Assembly: GCF_048593235.1 (NCBI RefSeq)
Contig: NC_133619.1
Coordinates: 651,660,558-651,724,557 of the forward strand
Direction: 5' to 3'
Length of the DNA: 64,000 nt
Source: Sminthopsis crassicaudata
Lineage: Eukaryota
Part shown: in pieces, positions 37,761 through 50,755 of the stretch
Numbering within the stretch: position 1 is the first letter of the stretch
Layout: every line of letters begins with the position of its first letter
The notes under the pieces: model-generated
What the model saw: only the letters and a program-made list of their open reading frames with translations
The model's database searches: none
What the model was told of the DNA's origin: nothing
Program-made: the position numbers and the translations under genes

Positions 37761-38889
37761 CGCCGGTGATACCAAAAGGGCGCCCTCCCCCGGAGCTGTG
37801 CGGAGATCTTACTCTTTTTCAGCCATGATAGCTCTGAGCCCCCAGTCTGAGCCATTCTAGGGGGCCGGACCCCGGGAAGCTCCAGGGAGCGGCTGGCCCA
37901 GCCGGAGAATGTGCGGAGTGTGTAGCCTGAGGGCACCGGGCTCCGGAGCCCAGAGTCCCCTGGGGGGGGGGGGGGCCGCCCGGGGGGGGGGGCCGCCCTC
38001 CGACAATCCGGGTGTCCTTCCTGCCCATCCCGGGGCTCCGAGACGCCTCTTCCCTCCTCCAGGTCCTGAGGGCGCAGAGACCAGAGCTGGGCCCCGGCGC
38101 CTTTAAAGGAACTCTCACGCTGCGAGGCGACCCGGACACTTCGGAGCCTCTTTTTTGTGTCTGTTTATTTACATCTGACAACGCCCCCCGCCCCCGGGCC
38201 CCCCAGAGGCTGTGCCCGGAGCGCCAGCACCCCCCCCCTTCCGTTTTGCGTCGGGTTGGGTTGGTATGTTCTAACGTTGGCAAAGCGCGACCACAGCAGT
38301 CCTGTGAGTAAGGGGGCTGTCCCGATTTTACAAACGAGGAAACTGAGGCACGGGGAAACTAAGTGGCGCCGGTCAGATCAGGGCTGCTTATGTGCGAGCT
38401 CAGTCGTTTTTCAGCCGTCTCCATTTCTTCCCTTGGGGTTTTCTTGGCAAAAAGCGAGGGCCCTGAGCCTCGGGGCTGACACTTGCTTCAGGCTAACGTT
38501 TGGGGCCAGATTTGCAGGCCCGGGCGGTCGGCCTCCTCTCTGTGCTAGGGAAAGGGAAATGGCAAATCCTCGGGAGTCACGGCCTCGGCGACCTAGAACG
38601 CTCCCTCTACCAGATAGCGAACAGGAGGGGAACCCGGAGGCAAGAGGAAGAGGAGAGCCCAGGGAGGTGCCTGAAGGGGGAAGGGGGAGTGTCTCCTTAG
38701 AACCTGTAGGAGGCGATGTTACTGGACGTGAATGGGTGATGTAAGTTATGGGACTGGAAACCGGGGGGAAGGGTCTCAACACTAACGGGATTTTGTATTT
38801 AACCCTAAAGGAGCAGCGAACATAATTCCTGGGGGAGGCAGGGCATACCCCCGACCTCTGCTTGTAGGGGCTGGAGCGGGGAGAGATTT

Positions 38890-39520
38890 GAAGCAGAAAG
38901 AGAAGCGTCTGGTTATAGATCGTGATCGGCCGCTGTTTTGGTGGGACATGGAGGGGCCGTCCATCCACGGGAACTGAAGAGCAAGGGGTACCTGCGATGG
39001 CGATGGAAAACTATGGGCTCTGATAAGCCACGAGCTCGAAGGAAAAAACACGGAAGGGCTTGCATGAACTGGTGCAAAGTGAAATGCAGAACCAGGAAAA
39101 CACTGTACACAGTAACAAGAATATTAGCCAGCGAGTTGTATAGTGTGTTATACGATGTGCTGATGGTGTATGATGTTGTAGAGTTGTGAATACTTAGCTG
39201 TTCTCAGCAAGCAATGATCCAAGACAATTCTGAATGACTTGATGACAAATGCTACCTGCTTCCAGAGAAAAAATCCTAAGAGCCTGGCTGCAGATCAAAG
39301 CATACTTTTTCTTTGATTTCTTTTTCTTTTTGTTTTGTTATTTTTCCACAGCATGACTAACTTAGAAATACGCTTTGCATGACTGCACGTGTAAAATCCA
39401 CATCAGATTGCTTGTGTTCTCGGTGGGGGGAGGGAGGGAAAGAATGGGAAACTGAAAATTTTCAAAAATGTTTAAAAATTTACATGTAATTGGGAGGGGG
39501 GGAAATAAAACATTGAATTT
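38890..39520 (+). mobile_element. Old L1 3' fragment with GC/CpG-shifted 5' part
   Basis: catgaactggtgcaaagtgaaatgcagaaccaggaaaacactgtacacagtaac plus a 3'UTR-like tail. Confidence 0.7.
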
Positions 39521-39539
39521 TTTTAGAGTCCGGTTATAA

Positions 39540-40150
39540 AATGTAAGGGCCTACACCACAGTGATGGCAGTGTTAAGTGGGAAGGAGGCATGTACATCCA
39601 AGAGGGAAGGTGATAGTAACAGAACAGGGCAACACATACATTATGGGGAGGGGGGACATCAAGATTATCAAATTGAGGATGACACTGGGATTGGAAGCCT
39701 GGGTGATGGGAAAAATGCTGATGCCTGGACAGTTATAGAGAAGTTTGGAAGAGACCAAGGTTGAAAGGATGGGAGATAATGAATTCCATTTTTTAAAAAA
39801 ATTTTTCTCTCCCTAGCTTTTAGCACAGTGTAGTCATGTTGAGTTTAAGGTGCCTCCAGGACTTCGAGTTTGAGATGCCCAATTGGCCGTTCCACTGGAG
39901 GTCCGCAGAACAGTTAAGACTGAGAATCAACCATATAAAGATGAGAATTGAATCTTTGGGATCTGATGAAGTTTCTAAGAGAAATAGTATAAAGCGGGAA
40001 GACAAGGGAGTCTGGAGAGAGCCCTGCATGAAGATCCAGCAAAAGAAACTTGAGAAGGAGCCATCAGGTAGGAGAACCAGGTGGGAGCAGAGTCAGGAAG
40101 CTGGTTGGCAGGATCTGAGATTACAGAGAAATCAAGGAAGATCAGGTTTG
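39540..40150 (-). mobile_element. L2 fragment interrupted by an L1
   Basis: L2 motifs (gatgacactgggattggaagcctgggtgatggg; catgttgagtttaaggtgcc); resumes at ~41210. Confidence 0.65.
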
Positions 40151-40167
40151 AAAAAAAGGCCCTTCTT

Positions 40168-41192
40168 GTCAAAGGATATGAACAGACAATTCTCAGATGA
40201 TGATATTGAAATTATATCCATTCATATGAAAGAGTGTTCCAAATCACTACTGATCAGAGAAATGCAAATTAAGACCACTCTGAGATATCATTACACCCCT
40301 GCAAGATTGGCTAAGATGACAGGAAAAGATAATGATGAATGTTGGAGGGGATGTGGGAAAACTGGGACAGTGATGCATTGTTGGTGGAGTTGTGAAAGAA
40401 TCCAGCCATTCTGGAGAGCAATCTGGAATTATGCCCAAAAAGTTATTAAACTGTGCATACCCTTTGATCCAGCCAGTGCTACTCCTGGGCTTATATCCCA
40501 GAGAAATATCAAGGAGGGGAAAGGGACCTGTATGTGCCAAAATGTTTGTGGCAGCTCTTTTTGTTGTAGCTAGAAACGAAAATGAATGGATGCCCATCAG
40601 TTGGAGAATGGTTGGGTAAATTATGATATGTGAATGTTATGGAATATTATTGCTCTGTAAGAAATGACCAGCAGGACGAGGCTGGAGAGACTTACATCAA
40701 GTGATGCTTAGTGAAATGAGCAGAACCAGAAGATCACTGTACACTTCAACAACAATACTGTATGACAATGTATTCTGATGGAAGTGGAAATCTTCAACAT
40801 AAAGAAGATCCAACTCACTTCCAGTTGATCAATGATGGACAGAGGTAGCTACACCCAGAGAAGAAACACTGGGAGGGGAATGTAAACTGTTAGCACTACT
40901 GTCTATCTGCCCAGGTTACTTATACCTTCGGAATCTAATACTTAATGTGCAACAAGAAAATGGTATTTACACACATATGTTGTATCTAGGTTATATTGTA
41001 GCACATGTAAAATATGTGGGATTACCTGTCATTAAGGGGAGGGAGTAGAGGGAGGGAGGGGATAATTTGGAAAAATGAATACAAGGGATAATGTTAAAAA
41101 AAATACTCATGCATATATAATGTCAAAAAATGTATAAAAATTTTAAAAAAAGAAAGAAAAATATATTGAAGAAAATTTAAAAAATAAAAATA
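40168..41192 (+). mobile_element. Young 5'-truncated L1 with 17-bp TSD
   Basis: [29 protein letters not shown], 3'UTR and A-tail; TSD aaaaaaaggcccttctt at 40151-40167 and 41193-41209. Confidence 0.93.
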
Positions 41193-41389
41193 AAAAAAAG
41201 GCCCTTCTTTTGGATGTGATGGGCAGCCAAACTGTCCAGCTGAGAAGGAGGAAAGCTTCTGCTTTGATTTTCTGTTCAGAGGCCCCGTAGGAGGACCTGT
41301 GACCTCTTGAGACTGCCCATTCTACTTCTGCATGGGATCGTTTTCTTCCTTGTTGCTGCCCTCAAGGACCAAACTAATTCCAGGAGTAA

Positions 41390-41640
41390 TTCAAATAGCG
41401 CACGCCAGCTGAATCTTCTCTAGGTTCAATATCCTGATTTCTTTGACCAGTGCTTATGTTGGACTCAAAATATATCAACTGAAATCCCTTCTCCCTCCTA
41501 CCCATATCCTTAAAGCATAGTACCCAGAACTGAACACTGTATTCCAGATGAGGTCTGACAAGGGTCAAGGAAAGTGGGATGGTCAGCTTCCTATTTCTGA
41601 AATCGGCAGTTCTCTTACAGAAGCCCGAGATCACTGAGAG
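41390..41640 (-). mobile_element. CR1/L3 fragment
   Basis: Translation LTLVRPHLEYSVQFW is the typical CR1 ORF2 C-terminal motif. Confidence 0.75.
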
Positions 41641-42769
41641 CTTTTATCACTGCCCTTTCACCCAACTGAGTCACATCACAGTGGCAATCCCCTCCTCCCT
41701 CCCCCCAAAAACTATTTTCCAGGACAACTACTGTTTAAACATGTCAGCTCCATGTTATATTTATGAAGAGAGGCACATAGAAAACCAGACAAGGATACAC
41801 AGAAGGACACAGAGAATGACACACTCGGCAAGCATTGGATCTATTGACTCAAAAAGACGAGCAGAAAGAGCTGGGGAGGGTTGCAGGGCCTGAGTCAGAG
41901 CCAAAAAGAAACAACCAGAAAAGGCGACTGAGGAACAACCAGTCAGTCCCAAAGAAGATCATACCGAAAGGATTACAAGGGATAATGTTGTTTAAAAAAA
42001 AATAAATTTACCTATGCATATGTACTATCAAAGAAAATATTGTAATTATAAAAATTAATAAAAAAAATACTTATTAAAAAAAAAGATCATACCACATAGA
42101 GGTCCAGATTGGAACACATTGAGGATCTCTGGGAGGACGTGAGACAGAGAGAGGACAGAAAGCTTGATCCAGAGGGACAGACACAAATACAGTCCCAGAA
42201 AAAAAAAAAAAAACTTAGACACAGATATACCCCCGAAAAGAACACAAGGATAGACACAGAGAAGGATAGACACAGAGAAGGCCACTCTAGAGAAAGATAC
42301 AGGGACAGTCCAGGCAGTAAGACACACAGGGAAGGAAGGAGGGAGGGAGGAAGAAAGGAAGGAGGGAAGGAGGGAGGGAGGAAGGGAAGAAAACCCAAAG
42401 AGAAACGTCTGTCAGTTGAGATTATGTACATCAACAACAGATGTAGGCTGCACCATGGTGTGACTTCTTCCCTCTCCTGTATAGCCACTGTATAGTGGGG
42501 AGAAGATGAAGAAGCAATCCCCAAGTGGAGCTGGTCAACCGACGAGCAATGAAAGGCTCAGGAGCCAAGAAATGCAGGAACAGACAGTTGTGAACTGGTC
42601 AACTCTAAAGTTGAGACTTTGAGGGAAGGAAAACTAGCGGAGAGCAAGAGTGATGGAGCTGGGAGAGAAGCTTGAAGGGCCTCCAGGTTTGTGTCGGAGG
42701 GTGGGGAGAGATGAGAGATGTGTCCAGCAGCAGTAGTGAATGAATGGCTCAGAATTCGGTGTCCTCACC

Positions 42770-43140
42770 ATATCAGTCAGGCCACTAGCATTTAAGCACC
42801 TTCTACGGGTCGGGACCGTGCTATGTGCTGGAGCGCCAAGAAAGACAGATCTGTGCTGTCCAGGTGCTGACAATCTAATAAATAGCAGCTTGTAAACTGA
42901 GTCCAAACAAGGATGAACTGGGAGTAGTCTCAGAGGGAAGGCGCTAAGAAGAGGGAGGTCAGGGAAAGGCCTTCTGGGGAAGCTGGGACTTAAGGGAGGT
43001 CAGGGAAGCCAGGAGTTAGAAGTAGAAGGGATCGTCGAGCTTCAGGCAGGGGGAACGGACATAGATAATACCAGAGTGGGAGACAGCCAGGATGACTGGA
43101 TTGTAGAGTCCCCTAGATCCAGAGGGCTGAAAGGAGCTGA
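42770..43140 (-). mobile_element. L2 3' fragment
   Basis: gcatttaagcaccttctacgggtcgggaccgtgctatgtgctgg L2 tail motif. Confidence 0.6.
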
Positions 43141-43159
43141 GGAATAGAATGGGGAGGAG

Positions 43160-43490
43160 GAGGGAGCAGAGAACTGGGCAGAGGAATGGCAGAGGGAGCA
43201 GAGAACGGGGCAGGGGAATGGCAGAGGGAGCAGAGAACGGGGTAGGGGAATGGCAGAGGGAGCAGAGAACGGGGCAGGGGAAGGGCAGAGGGAGCAGAGA
43301 ACGGGGCAGGGGAAGGGCAGAGGGAGCAGAGAACGGGGCAGGGGAAGGGCAGAGGGAGCAGAGAACCGGGCAGGGGAAGGGCAGAGGGAGCAGAGAACCG
43401 GGCAGGGGAATGGCAGAGGGAGCAGAGAACGGGGCAGGGGAAGGGCAGAGGGAGCAGAGAACCGGGCAGGGGAATGGCAGAGGGAGCTAG
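43160..43490. repeat. 32-bp G-rich minisatellite, ~10 copies
   Basis: Unit ggggcaggggaagggcagagggagcagagaac. Confidence 0.92.
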
Positions 43491-44103
43491 CCAGGGACTG
43501 AAGTCAGAGGGGTGAAGGGGGTAAGGACTGGGGGAGGGGGGGGAAGGGGAAGGGGATGCGAAGGACTAAGAAGCCTGAAAGCCGCGGAAGGCGTAGGTTT
43601 AACGAAGGAAGGGTGGCTGACGGAGGCGAGCGGGCAGGAGAACGGCCCTCAGATGGCGCGCAGCACTTCGGAGTGACGGACAGCCGGGAGAAAGTTCCCC
43701 TTCGCAGTGACAAAATGAGACCCGGAAAGCCAGTGACGGACATGGGGGGGCTTCAAAAATTGCGGAGGCAGAGCCCCCCAGGAGGGGGGGGATGGGGAGG
43801 CGGAAAGACCCCGGATGCCCGCGGTGGTCAGGGCCAGAGGGCGGGGAGCGGCGGCAAATCCGGGGGGAAGGAGCGGCCCGGCTGGGCTGAGAGCCGGAGA
43901 GACAGCTGGTGCTTGGGAGAGCCGGCCCGCAGGACAGCCGGCCCGGGGAGGGAGGGCGGCGCTCGGCCGCAGAGGTGCGCAGGTGGGCGCGGGAGCCCGG
44001 CAGGCCCCGGCGCCCAGGACGCCCCCCCCAGCAGAGGGCGCCCCGGGGCGCCCCCCGCCCCCGGCCAGCCGCCCCCACCCTCGGGCCGCGGGGCCGCCGT
44101 GTC

Positions 44104-44111
44104 TATTTATA
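44104..44111 (+). promoter_or_regulatory. TATA/MEF2-like element upstream of KCNA7
   Basis: cTATTTATAc is the only AT-rich motif in the CpG island, ~90 bp before the ATG. The function is inferred. Confidence 0.5.
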
Positions 44112-44199
44112 CCGGCGCGGGGAATCGGACACCGGGCTGGCCGGCGGCGGCGTCGGTGCCCGTCCTCTGCGCTCCCAGCCGGGCGCCGGCCCCGGGGCC

Positions 44200-46313
44200 A
44201 TGGAGGCCGACCCGTGCGGCTGCTGCGAGCGCCTGGTGCTCAACGTGGCGGGGCTGCGCTTCGAGACGCGCGCTCGGACCCTGGGGCGCTACCCCGACAC
44301 GCTGCTGGGCGACCCGGGCCGCCGGCGCGCCTTCTACGACCCGAGCCGCGGCGAGTTCTTCCTGGACCGCCACCGGCCCAGCTTCGACGCCATCCTGCAC
44401 TACTACCAGTCGGGCGGGCGGCTGCGGCGGCCGGCGCACGTCCCCCTGGACGTCTTCCTGGACGAGGTGGCCTTCTACGAGCTGGGCGCCGACGCGCTGG
44501 CCAAGCTCCGCGAGGACGAGGGCTTCGCGGCCGAGCCCGAGCGCCTGCTGCCCCGGCGGCCCTTCGCGCGCCAGCTCTGGCTGCTCTTCGAGTTCCCCGA
44601 GAGCTCGGCCGCGGCGCGCGTCGTGGCCGTGGTCTCCGTGCTCGTCATCCTCGTGTCCATCGTGGTGTTCTGCCTGGAGACCCTCCCCGACTTCCGAGAC
44701 GAGCGCGACGGCCAGCCCGGGGCCGGCGCGGTGAGCTGGGAGCGGGGAGCTCCGAGGGCGGGGGCGGGGACAGAGGAGGCAGGGGAGGGAGCGGACAACC
44801 GGCGAGAAATGGCCGAAGGGGTCAGAGGGGCTCGAGGGGGTGAGGGCCGAGAAAAGGCAGGGGCCAAGGGCAGAAAGGGGGGGCGGAGAGGACTGAGAGG
44901 GGGCGGGAGAGAGAATAGGAGGTGGGGGGCAGAATCAGAGGGGATCCAAGGGCAAGAGATCCGATCAGGCTGGAGACTGGGGGAAGGGGACAGAAGGGGA
45001 GGCAGAGGGGCCACAGTGGAGAAATCCGGGGGGGGGGGAGCAGGAGGGACTCGGAGAAAGTCAAAGGGGGCCAGGGCGGCTCAGTCGGAGACAGATCAGA
45101 CAGCTAGGCGGGGCCTTAAGGGGGTCAGGAGGCGGGGTAAGAGAGAGGAAATCTGCGGGGCTCTGCTCAGCCGGCGGCCAGAGAGGAGGCAGACACAGAG
45201 ATCCAGGCCCCATCCTCCGGCTCCCGTGGGGCTGGGGAACAGAATGAGCCTTGCTCCTGTGGGGAAGTCCTTGAAACCCCTTGGAGCTTTTCCCGGGGCA
45301 GACTCAGGTCATTTGGGCAGGATCCCTCCGACCCTGACAGACCAAGTCCTCCCGACTTCTGGCATCCTGTCCCCAAGCCTTCACTAACCCAGGGACCGTC
45401 CCCTTGGTGCGCAGGCTGGAGGCCTGACCTTGGACTAGTTCTGCAGGCCGCCCCAGAGCTCTAACTCACCCCCCCCTGGGGGGGAGGGGCACCTTCTCCA
45501 CTAACCCCCTCCCTCCTACAGCTCCCATCAGTTCGGTCCAATGGATCCCAGCCTGTGTCTCCTCCAGCACCGAGGGCCCCATTCGACGACCCTTTCTTCC
45601 TGGTGGAAACCCTCTGCATCTGCTGGTTCTCCTTCGAGTTCTTGGTGCGTCTGGGCGCCAGCCCGAGCAAGGCGGCCTTCTTCAAGAATGTCATGAACCT
45701 CATTGACTTTGTGGCCATCCTGCCCTACTTTGTGGCCCTGGGCACAGAGCTGGCCCGGCAGCGGGGCGTGGGTCAGCCCGCCATGTCCCTGGCCATCCTG
45801 CGGGTCATCCGCCTGGTCCGAGTGTTCCGCATCTTCAAGCTGTCCCGCCACTCCAAGGGCTTGCAGATCCTAGGCCAGACACTGCGGGCGTCCATGCGGG
45901 AGCTGGGCCTGCTCATTTTCTTCCTCTTCATCGGGGTCGTCCTGTTCTCCAGCGCGGTTTACTTTGCCGAGGTCGATGGGCCCCCCGAATCGGGCTTCAC
46001 CAGCATCCCCGCCTCCTTCTGGTGGGCTGTGGTGACCATGACAACCGTGGGGTACGGGGACATGGCGCCTACCACCATGGGTGGCAAGATCGTGGGCTCC
46101 CTCTGCGCCATCGCCGGCGTCCTCACTATCTCCCTGCCCGTGCCCGTCATCGTCTCCAACTTCAGCTATTTCTACCACCGGGAAACAGAGGGAGAAGACA
46201 CTGGGAGATACCGGCATGTGGCTACCCAGCCCTGCTGCCCTCCAGAGACCCCTGAGGGCAAGGCTAACGGGCTAGTGGGGGGCAGTGGGAAGCACTTGGT
46301 CACAGAAGTGTGA
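44200..46313 (+). CDS. KCNA7: Voltage-gated K+ channel Kv1.7, 440 aa, 2 coding exons
   Basis: Exons 44200-44730 and 45522-46313 (phase 0). T1 domain [15 protein letters not shown]4 [19 protein letters not shown], pore TVGYGD, PVP; single intron in the S1-S2 linker, characteristic of KCNA7. Candidate AATAAA at 47653-47658 and 49080-49085. Confidence 0.97.
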
Positions 46314-46869
46314 GGGGTCCGGTCCAGGGTGGGTGGGAAGGAAATGATGATACGGTAGTATTGGGGGGGGGGCATGGGAAGCCCGGCAGGAGCTTGGAGG
46401 TCGCTTTGGCACGAGGCAGCCGGCTGGCAGGACCTTCGTGGTGGCCTCTGGATTCTAGAAGTGCCACGGGAACTTGATGAGTTTCACTGAATTCTGTCAC
46501 CTGGATTGCTATTACTTGGGATTGAGTCCTGTTGGGACATGTGAGGATCTGTGGGGGCTATGCGAGTGAACTAGGTTGAGTTATATTGAATCCAGTGAAT
46601 GTTAAGGTGATAGGGATCTGTAGTTGGCAAAGCGTTTGGATCACCTGCGTGTCTGGGGGGCCTCGTGGTTACGGGAGTCTCTGTGGCGCTTCTGCTCGTG
46701 TGCCCTGTGTGTGAGACCTTGTGCCCCCCCCCCCCCTTGCATGAGTCTCTGAGGACGAGGAGCTTGTAGTTATATGGGATTTTGTTAGGCTCCGGTTGGC
46801 TTTGGTTGTCCTGTGTGAGTCTCTCAGGGGCCTGTAGTCATGTGGGGTTGGCTCGGATCATCATCCAAC

Positions 46870-47620
46870 TTCAGAACCTAAGGAGACCTGAAAGCATCTC
46901 ATCTAACTTGTATCTGAGCAGAAATTGCCTCTATACCACCCCATGCCCCCCAAAACACTCATCCAGCCTCTGCTTGAAGACTTTCAGAGGTGGGAAACTC
47001 ACTGCCTCACAAGGAAGCCCATTGCACTTTTGGATAGCTCTCAGGCAATCTTCCCACCACTCCCAGTTCTGCCTTTGGGGGCCAAACAATCCAAATCTAT
47101 TTATTTAAAAACTTTTCAAATCTTTCAAGACTACTTCATGCCTTCTCTTCTCCATGCAAAACAGTCCTGGTTCCTCTGACAGTCTTCTCTCGGTTCCGGC
47201 ATCTCCTCTTGATATTCTCCTATCTGGACTGACCGCAAGATTCCCGCTGTGGTGGGAGTAGTGCAGTGGTCAGCTAGCCTATCCCCCCCCACAATACCCT
47301 TGTCCTGGCCCTTAGTCTTATTGACCCACCCAAAATTTACTGAACATTGGGGCTGTCCTGGTACACTGCTGACTCATGTTTCATCGGCAGACACTCCGAG
47401 ACCCACAAAACTTTTTTTTTCCAAAAATGGCAGTGTGGCCAGATCTCCATCCTGTACCTTGCTGAGTTTTTTGAGCCAAATGTGGAATTTCAAGCTTATT
47501 CTTGCTAAGTTCCGCCTTATTAGATCTGACTTGGGATTCCCAAATACCTTTCTTGATTTTGATTCCCAATTGTCTAGTGAGTGAGCATCTTGCCTTATTT
47601 TGTGTCATCTGGGAATTTAA
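46870..47620 (-). mobile_element. CR1/L3-MIR3 fragment in the KCNA7 3' region
   Basis: catccagcctctgcttgaagactttcagaggtgggaaactcactgcctcac and downstream CR1 antisense motifs. Confidence 0.7.
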
Positions 47621-48442
47621 TAAGCCTCTATTTTATTATCCACTCATTGATCAAATAAAACAAAACATGTGGGTCCAAGAGAGAGATCCCTGAGGCACTC
47701 CTAGAGACCCACCTCCCAGGATGACATAGCCCCTTTACTCAGCACTCTTTTCACACAGCTGACCCTCAGTGTTCCAATCTCCCTAAGCACGGCCCAGTTC
47801 CTCCCCCTCATCCCCAACAAGGACACAGAAGACTTCCACTTGGCTTGGACTGAGTTGGGTTGGATCACTTTGGTTGGGTGGCTTCGTGGGATTTCTGGCG
47901 GGTCTCAGTGAGTTGTGTGGGCAGGAGCCCTTTGTACAAAGAGCCCTTTGGGCTGGCTGTCGGGAGACCTGGCTTCTAGGACCACCTTGGCCACACGTGG
48001 ATCTGTCCTTGGTGGAGCCTCAGAAGTGCTCCGGGCGCTTTCCATCCCCTTGAGCTCTCTGTTCTTGGGTGGGGTGGCATATTGTCTCATTGTTTGTGGT
48101 TGTGCAGCCCCTGAAAGAGATGGTTGTGCATTTCCTGTGCCTTTGCATATGGCTCTGCTGCATGTCTGGGACATCTGTACCCTCGGTCTGTGTGTGGATG
48201 ACTTTTCTGAATGGGGCTGAGCTCGTTGCAACTGGGTCTAGGTCTTTTGGCTTGTCTGGCCCCAAACTGTGCCGTCCCTTGTCTCCCTTAGTCTCTTCCT
48301 GTTCTAGCCCCCTTTGCCCCTTCCTCAGCCACTTCGAGCCCTTGCCCCTGAGAAAGTAGGGTCGGGAGAGATCTTTCCAGCCTTCCAGCCAAGTGGTTCA
48401 TCTGTTTGGCCATTGGAAACTCCCAAGTGATCCTGAGCATGT

Positions 48443-48608
48443 NNNNNNNNNNNNNNNNNNNNNNNNNNNNNNNNNNNNNNNNNNNNNNNNNNNNNNNNNN
48501 NNNNNNNNNNNNNNNNNNNNNNNNNNNNNNNNNNNNNNNNNNNNNNNNNNNNNNNNNNNNNNNNNNNNNNNNNNNNNNNNNNNNNNNNNNNNNNNNNNNN
48601 NNNNNNNN
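48443..48608. other. Assembly gap (166 N)
   Basis: Run of N. Confidence 1.
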
Positions 48609-49099
48609 GAAGGGGGGATCCAGGTGAAGCTGCTTTCCCAAGCTCCCTCCTCTAGCTTCTGGGGCAGAACTGCCAGACTAAGATTGGGGTGGGGGTCACA
48701 GGGAGGTATGGCCTCGGAGCGGTCTGGTGGGGGTGGGGCAGGGCTGGGATGCACCCACTTCTCCAAATTAACAGCCTTAGTCTCCCCTTGGGGCATCGGC
48801 CTTGGCTGAGAAGAGGAAGGGGGACCCAGACTGGGGGGGCAGAGAACCACAACCTGGGGACACCCAGCCTGCACTGGTCCTAAATTTAGGGCTGGGATGG
48901 CCCCCAGGCCAGGGTGTCCGATGTCTGACACCTAAAAATAGCCGAGGGGGGAAGGGCCGAGAGGAGTCTCTCCCCGCGTTTGGGTGTCTGCCCCCGGCTC
49001 TCACCTGTGTCCGGGACAGCCCTCCCCTCCCCCGCCTGCGCGCCCCCAGGCCCCAGCCTGGCTCCCCAAACTGGCCCCTAATAAACGCTGGTTGACTTG

Positions 49100-50300
49100 A
49101 CCCCGCGGCTCCGAGTGCTGTTTCTGGGCGGGCGGCTCCTAACCCTGCTCTCGCTCTCCCTCGGGCTTTCCCCCCGAGCTTGGGCCCGGGGCTGGGGCCC
49201 GGCCAGGGAAACGGGGCTCCAGTCTCCCCGCTTCTGTCTCCGTCTGGCCCTTATCTTCCCCGGGCGCCTGGCTTGTGTCTCCTCCGGGGCAGGCTGGGAG
49301 TGGGATGGGGGCGCGCTGGCCCGCTGAAATTTCTCTGGCACGGGACACAGGGGAGCCGGGCCGGGCCGCCGGGGTCCAAGGAGGGGGCTGGGGAGGCGGC
49401 GCCTTCCTGGGGGGGGGGGGCGGGGAGGCGCTTAGGCCAGATTCCCGGCCGCCTAGGTGGCCGGTGTGGGCGGACCTGCTGGCCACTCCCCGGTGGGCGG
49501 AGCCAGCCGAGCGCCCGCCCCCTGTCCCGGGAGCGGGCCGCGCCGCGCGGAGCCCGGCGCCAGGGAGCTGCGGCCGCCAGAGCCCCGAGCCCAGGCGGGT
49601 GTCCCAAGTAAGGCCCGGGCCGAATGTCGGGAAGGAGGGCGGGGGCTGGGATCCCGGAGTGCGGGCGGGTCGTGGGTCCGAGGGGGCGGGCCCTGCGGGA
49701 GCTGGGGGTGGGGCCCCGCGGGGAAACTGAGGCAGGAGGCGGCGGGGCCCAGCCCAGCGTCTGGGCAGCTGCGGGGAGTGCCCGGGAGGCCGGAAGGCTC
49801 GGAGCAGCCTCCGCTTTGTTTCTCCATCCCCCTTTTCCGTTAGCCGGCTCGGGCCTGCCCGGGTCCCAGAGGGGGCGTGGGCTGAGTGGGGACGCCTGGG
49901 TCCCGGGGAGAGCCCGCAGCCTCTCCCTCCCTTCCTCCCCGCCTCCCTGCCCGCCCCCGCCCGGGCGGCAGCTCCAGGTATGTGCAACTGAAGTCCTGGG
50001 CGGGTCCCGGCCTGTCCCAAGGCTCCGGGAACATTCCTGGGAGCCGCCTCCCGGACCCAGAGTCCGGCCCCCGCCCCGTGGGGTCCGGGCGTCCGACACC
50101 CCCCCCCCGCCCCCTGGGGCTCGGGCGTCCCTGCCCCCAAGCGACCTGGAGTTCCTTGCGCGCCCCCCTCAGGGCCCCTGGGGTCCGGCGGCTTCCCCCA
50201 GTCTGCGCCCCCCTGGGACCCAGGCTTCCCGGCCCCCAGCCCCCTCCGCTGTCTGGGAGATGGATGGGCCGTGCGGGACATAATCTTTTCCAGCCCTTGA
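49100..50300 (+). promoter_or_regulatory. CpG island, probable NTF4 promoter and 5' non-coding exon(s)
   Basis: Very high GC/CpG; consensus donors CAA|GTAAGG (49607/49608) and CAG|GTATGT (~49977); the coding-exon acceptor is at 50743. Confidence 0.55.
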
Positions 50301-50755
50301 GCCTCATCCATCAGCCGCCGCCCCTCCCCGACATCTGCTTCCCATCCCCGGCAGGTTCCAGTCACCTGGAAGGGGCCTGCGCACAAGACCCGGTCTGGGG
50401 GAGGGGATGCCTGGGTCCTTGGGGAGGACACGAGGGAGACGCGCTCTGAAACGTCCCTCCTTTTTTGTTCCCAAGCGGTCCCGGGATGGCCGGGAGGAGG
50501 GGGCCCCCGGAGACCCTGAGAAGGGACCCTCAGAGCCCTTGGGCCGCCAGCCCCGGGTCCAGGAGGAAGTGGCCCTGAGAAGTCTGGTGAGCCCCGGATC
50601 TTCCCCTCCCGCTCTCTCTCCCCCTTTCCCTGGGTGCTCCTCCCGGGGGATGAGAGGGGGCTTAGCCATCCGAGTCCAAGGGCTTCCCCTTGCAGAGGGG
50701 GGAGTCGGGGGGCTGCCTCTCTGACCAGTGCCCTCTCTTCCAGGTGGCCACAGAG

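Noticed and set aside
39836-40573. 245-aa chimeric ORF fusing L2-derived sequence to the L1 CCHC domain
   Set aside because: Chance in-frame junction at the L1 insertion point; it frameshifts out of ORF2 and there is no sign of a promoter or splicing.
43556-45387. 492-, 392- and 342-aa ORFs at KCNA7
   Set aside because: Only 44200-44730 is Kv1.7 exon 1. The rest is CpG-island or intron read-through; the 492-aa ORF begins at a non-ATG codon.
47760-48420. Possible ERV/LTR fragment next to the gap
   Set aside because: No PBS, PPT, LTR termini or gag/pol motifs recognised; probably KCNA7 3'UTR sequence.
49139-50431. 430-aa and other G/P/R-rich ORFs
   Set aside because: Stop-poor CpG island; no domain or splice support.
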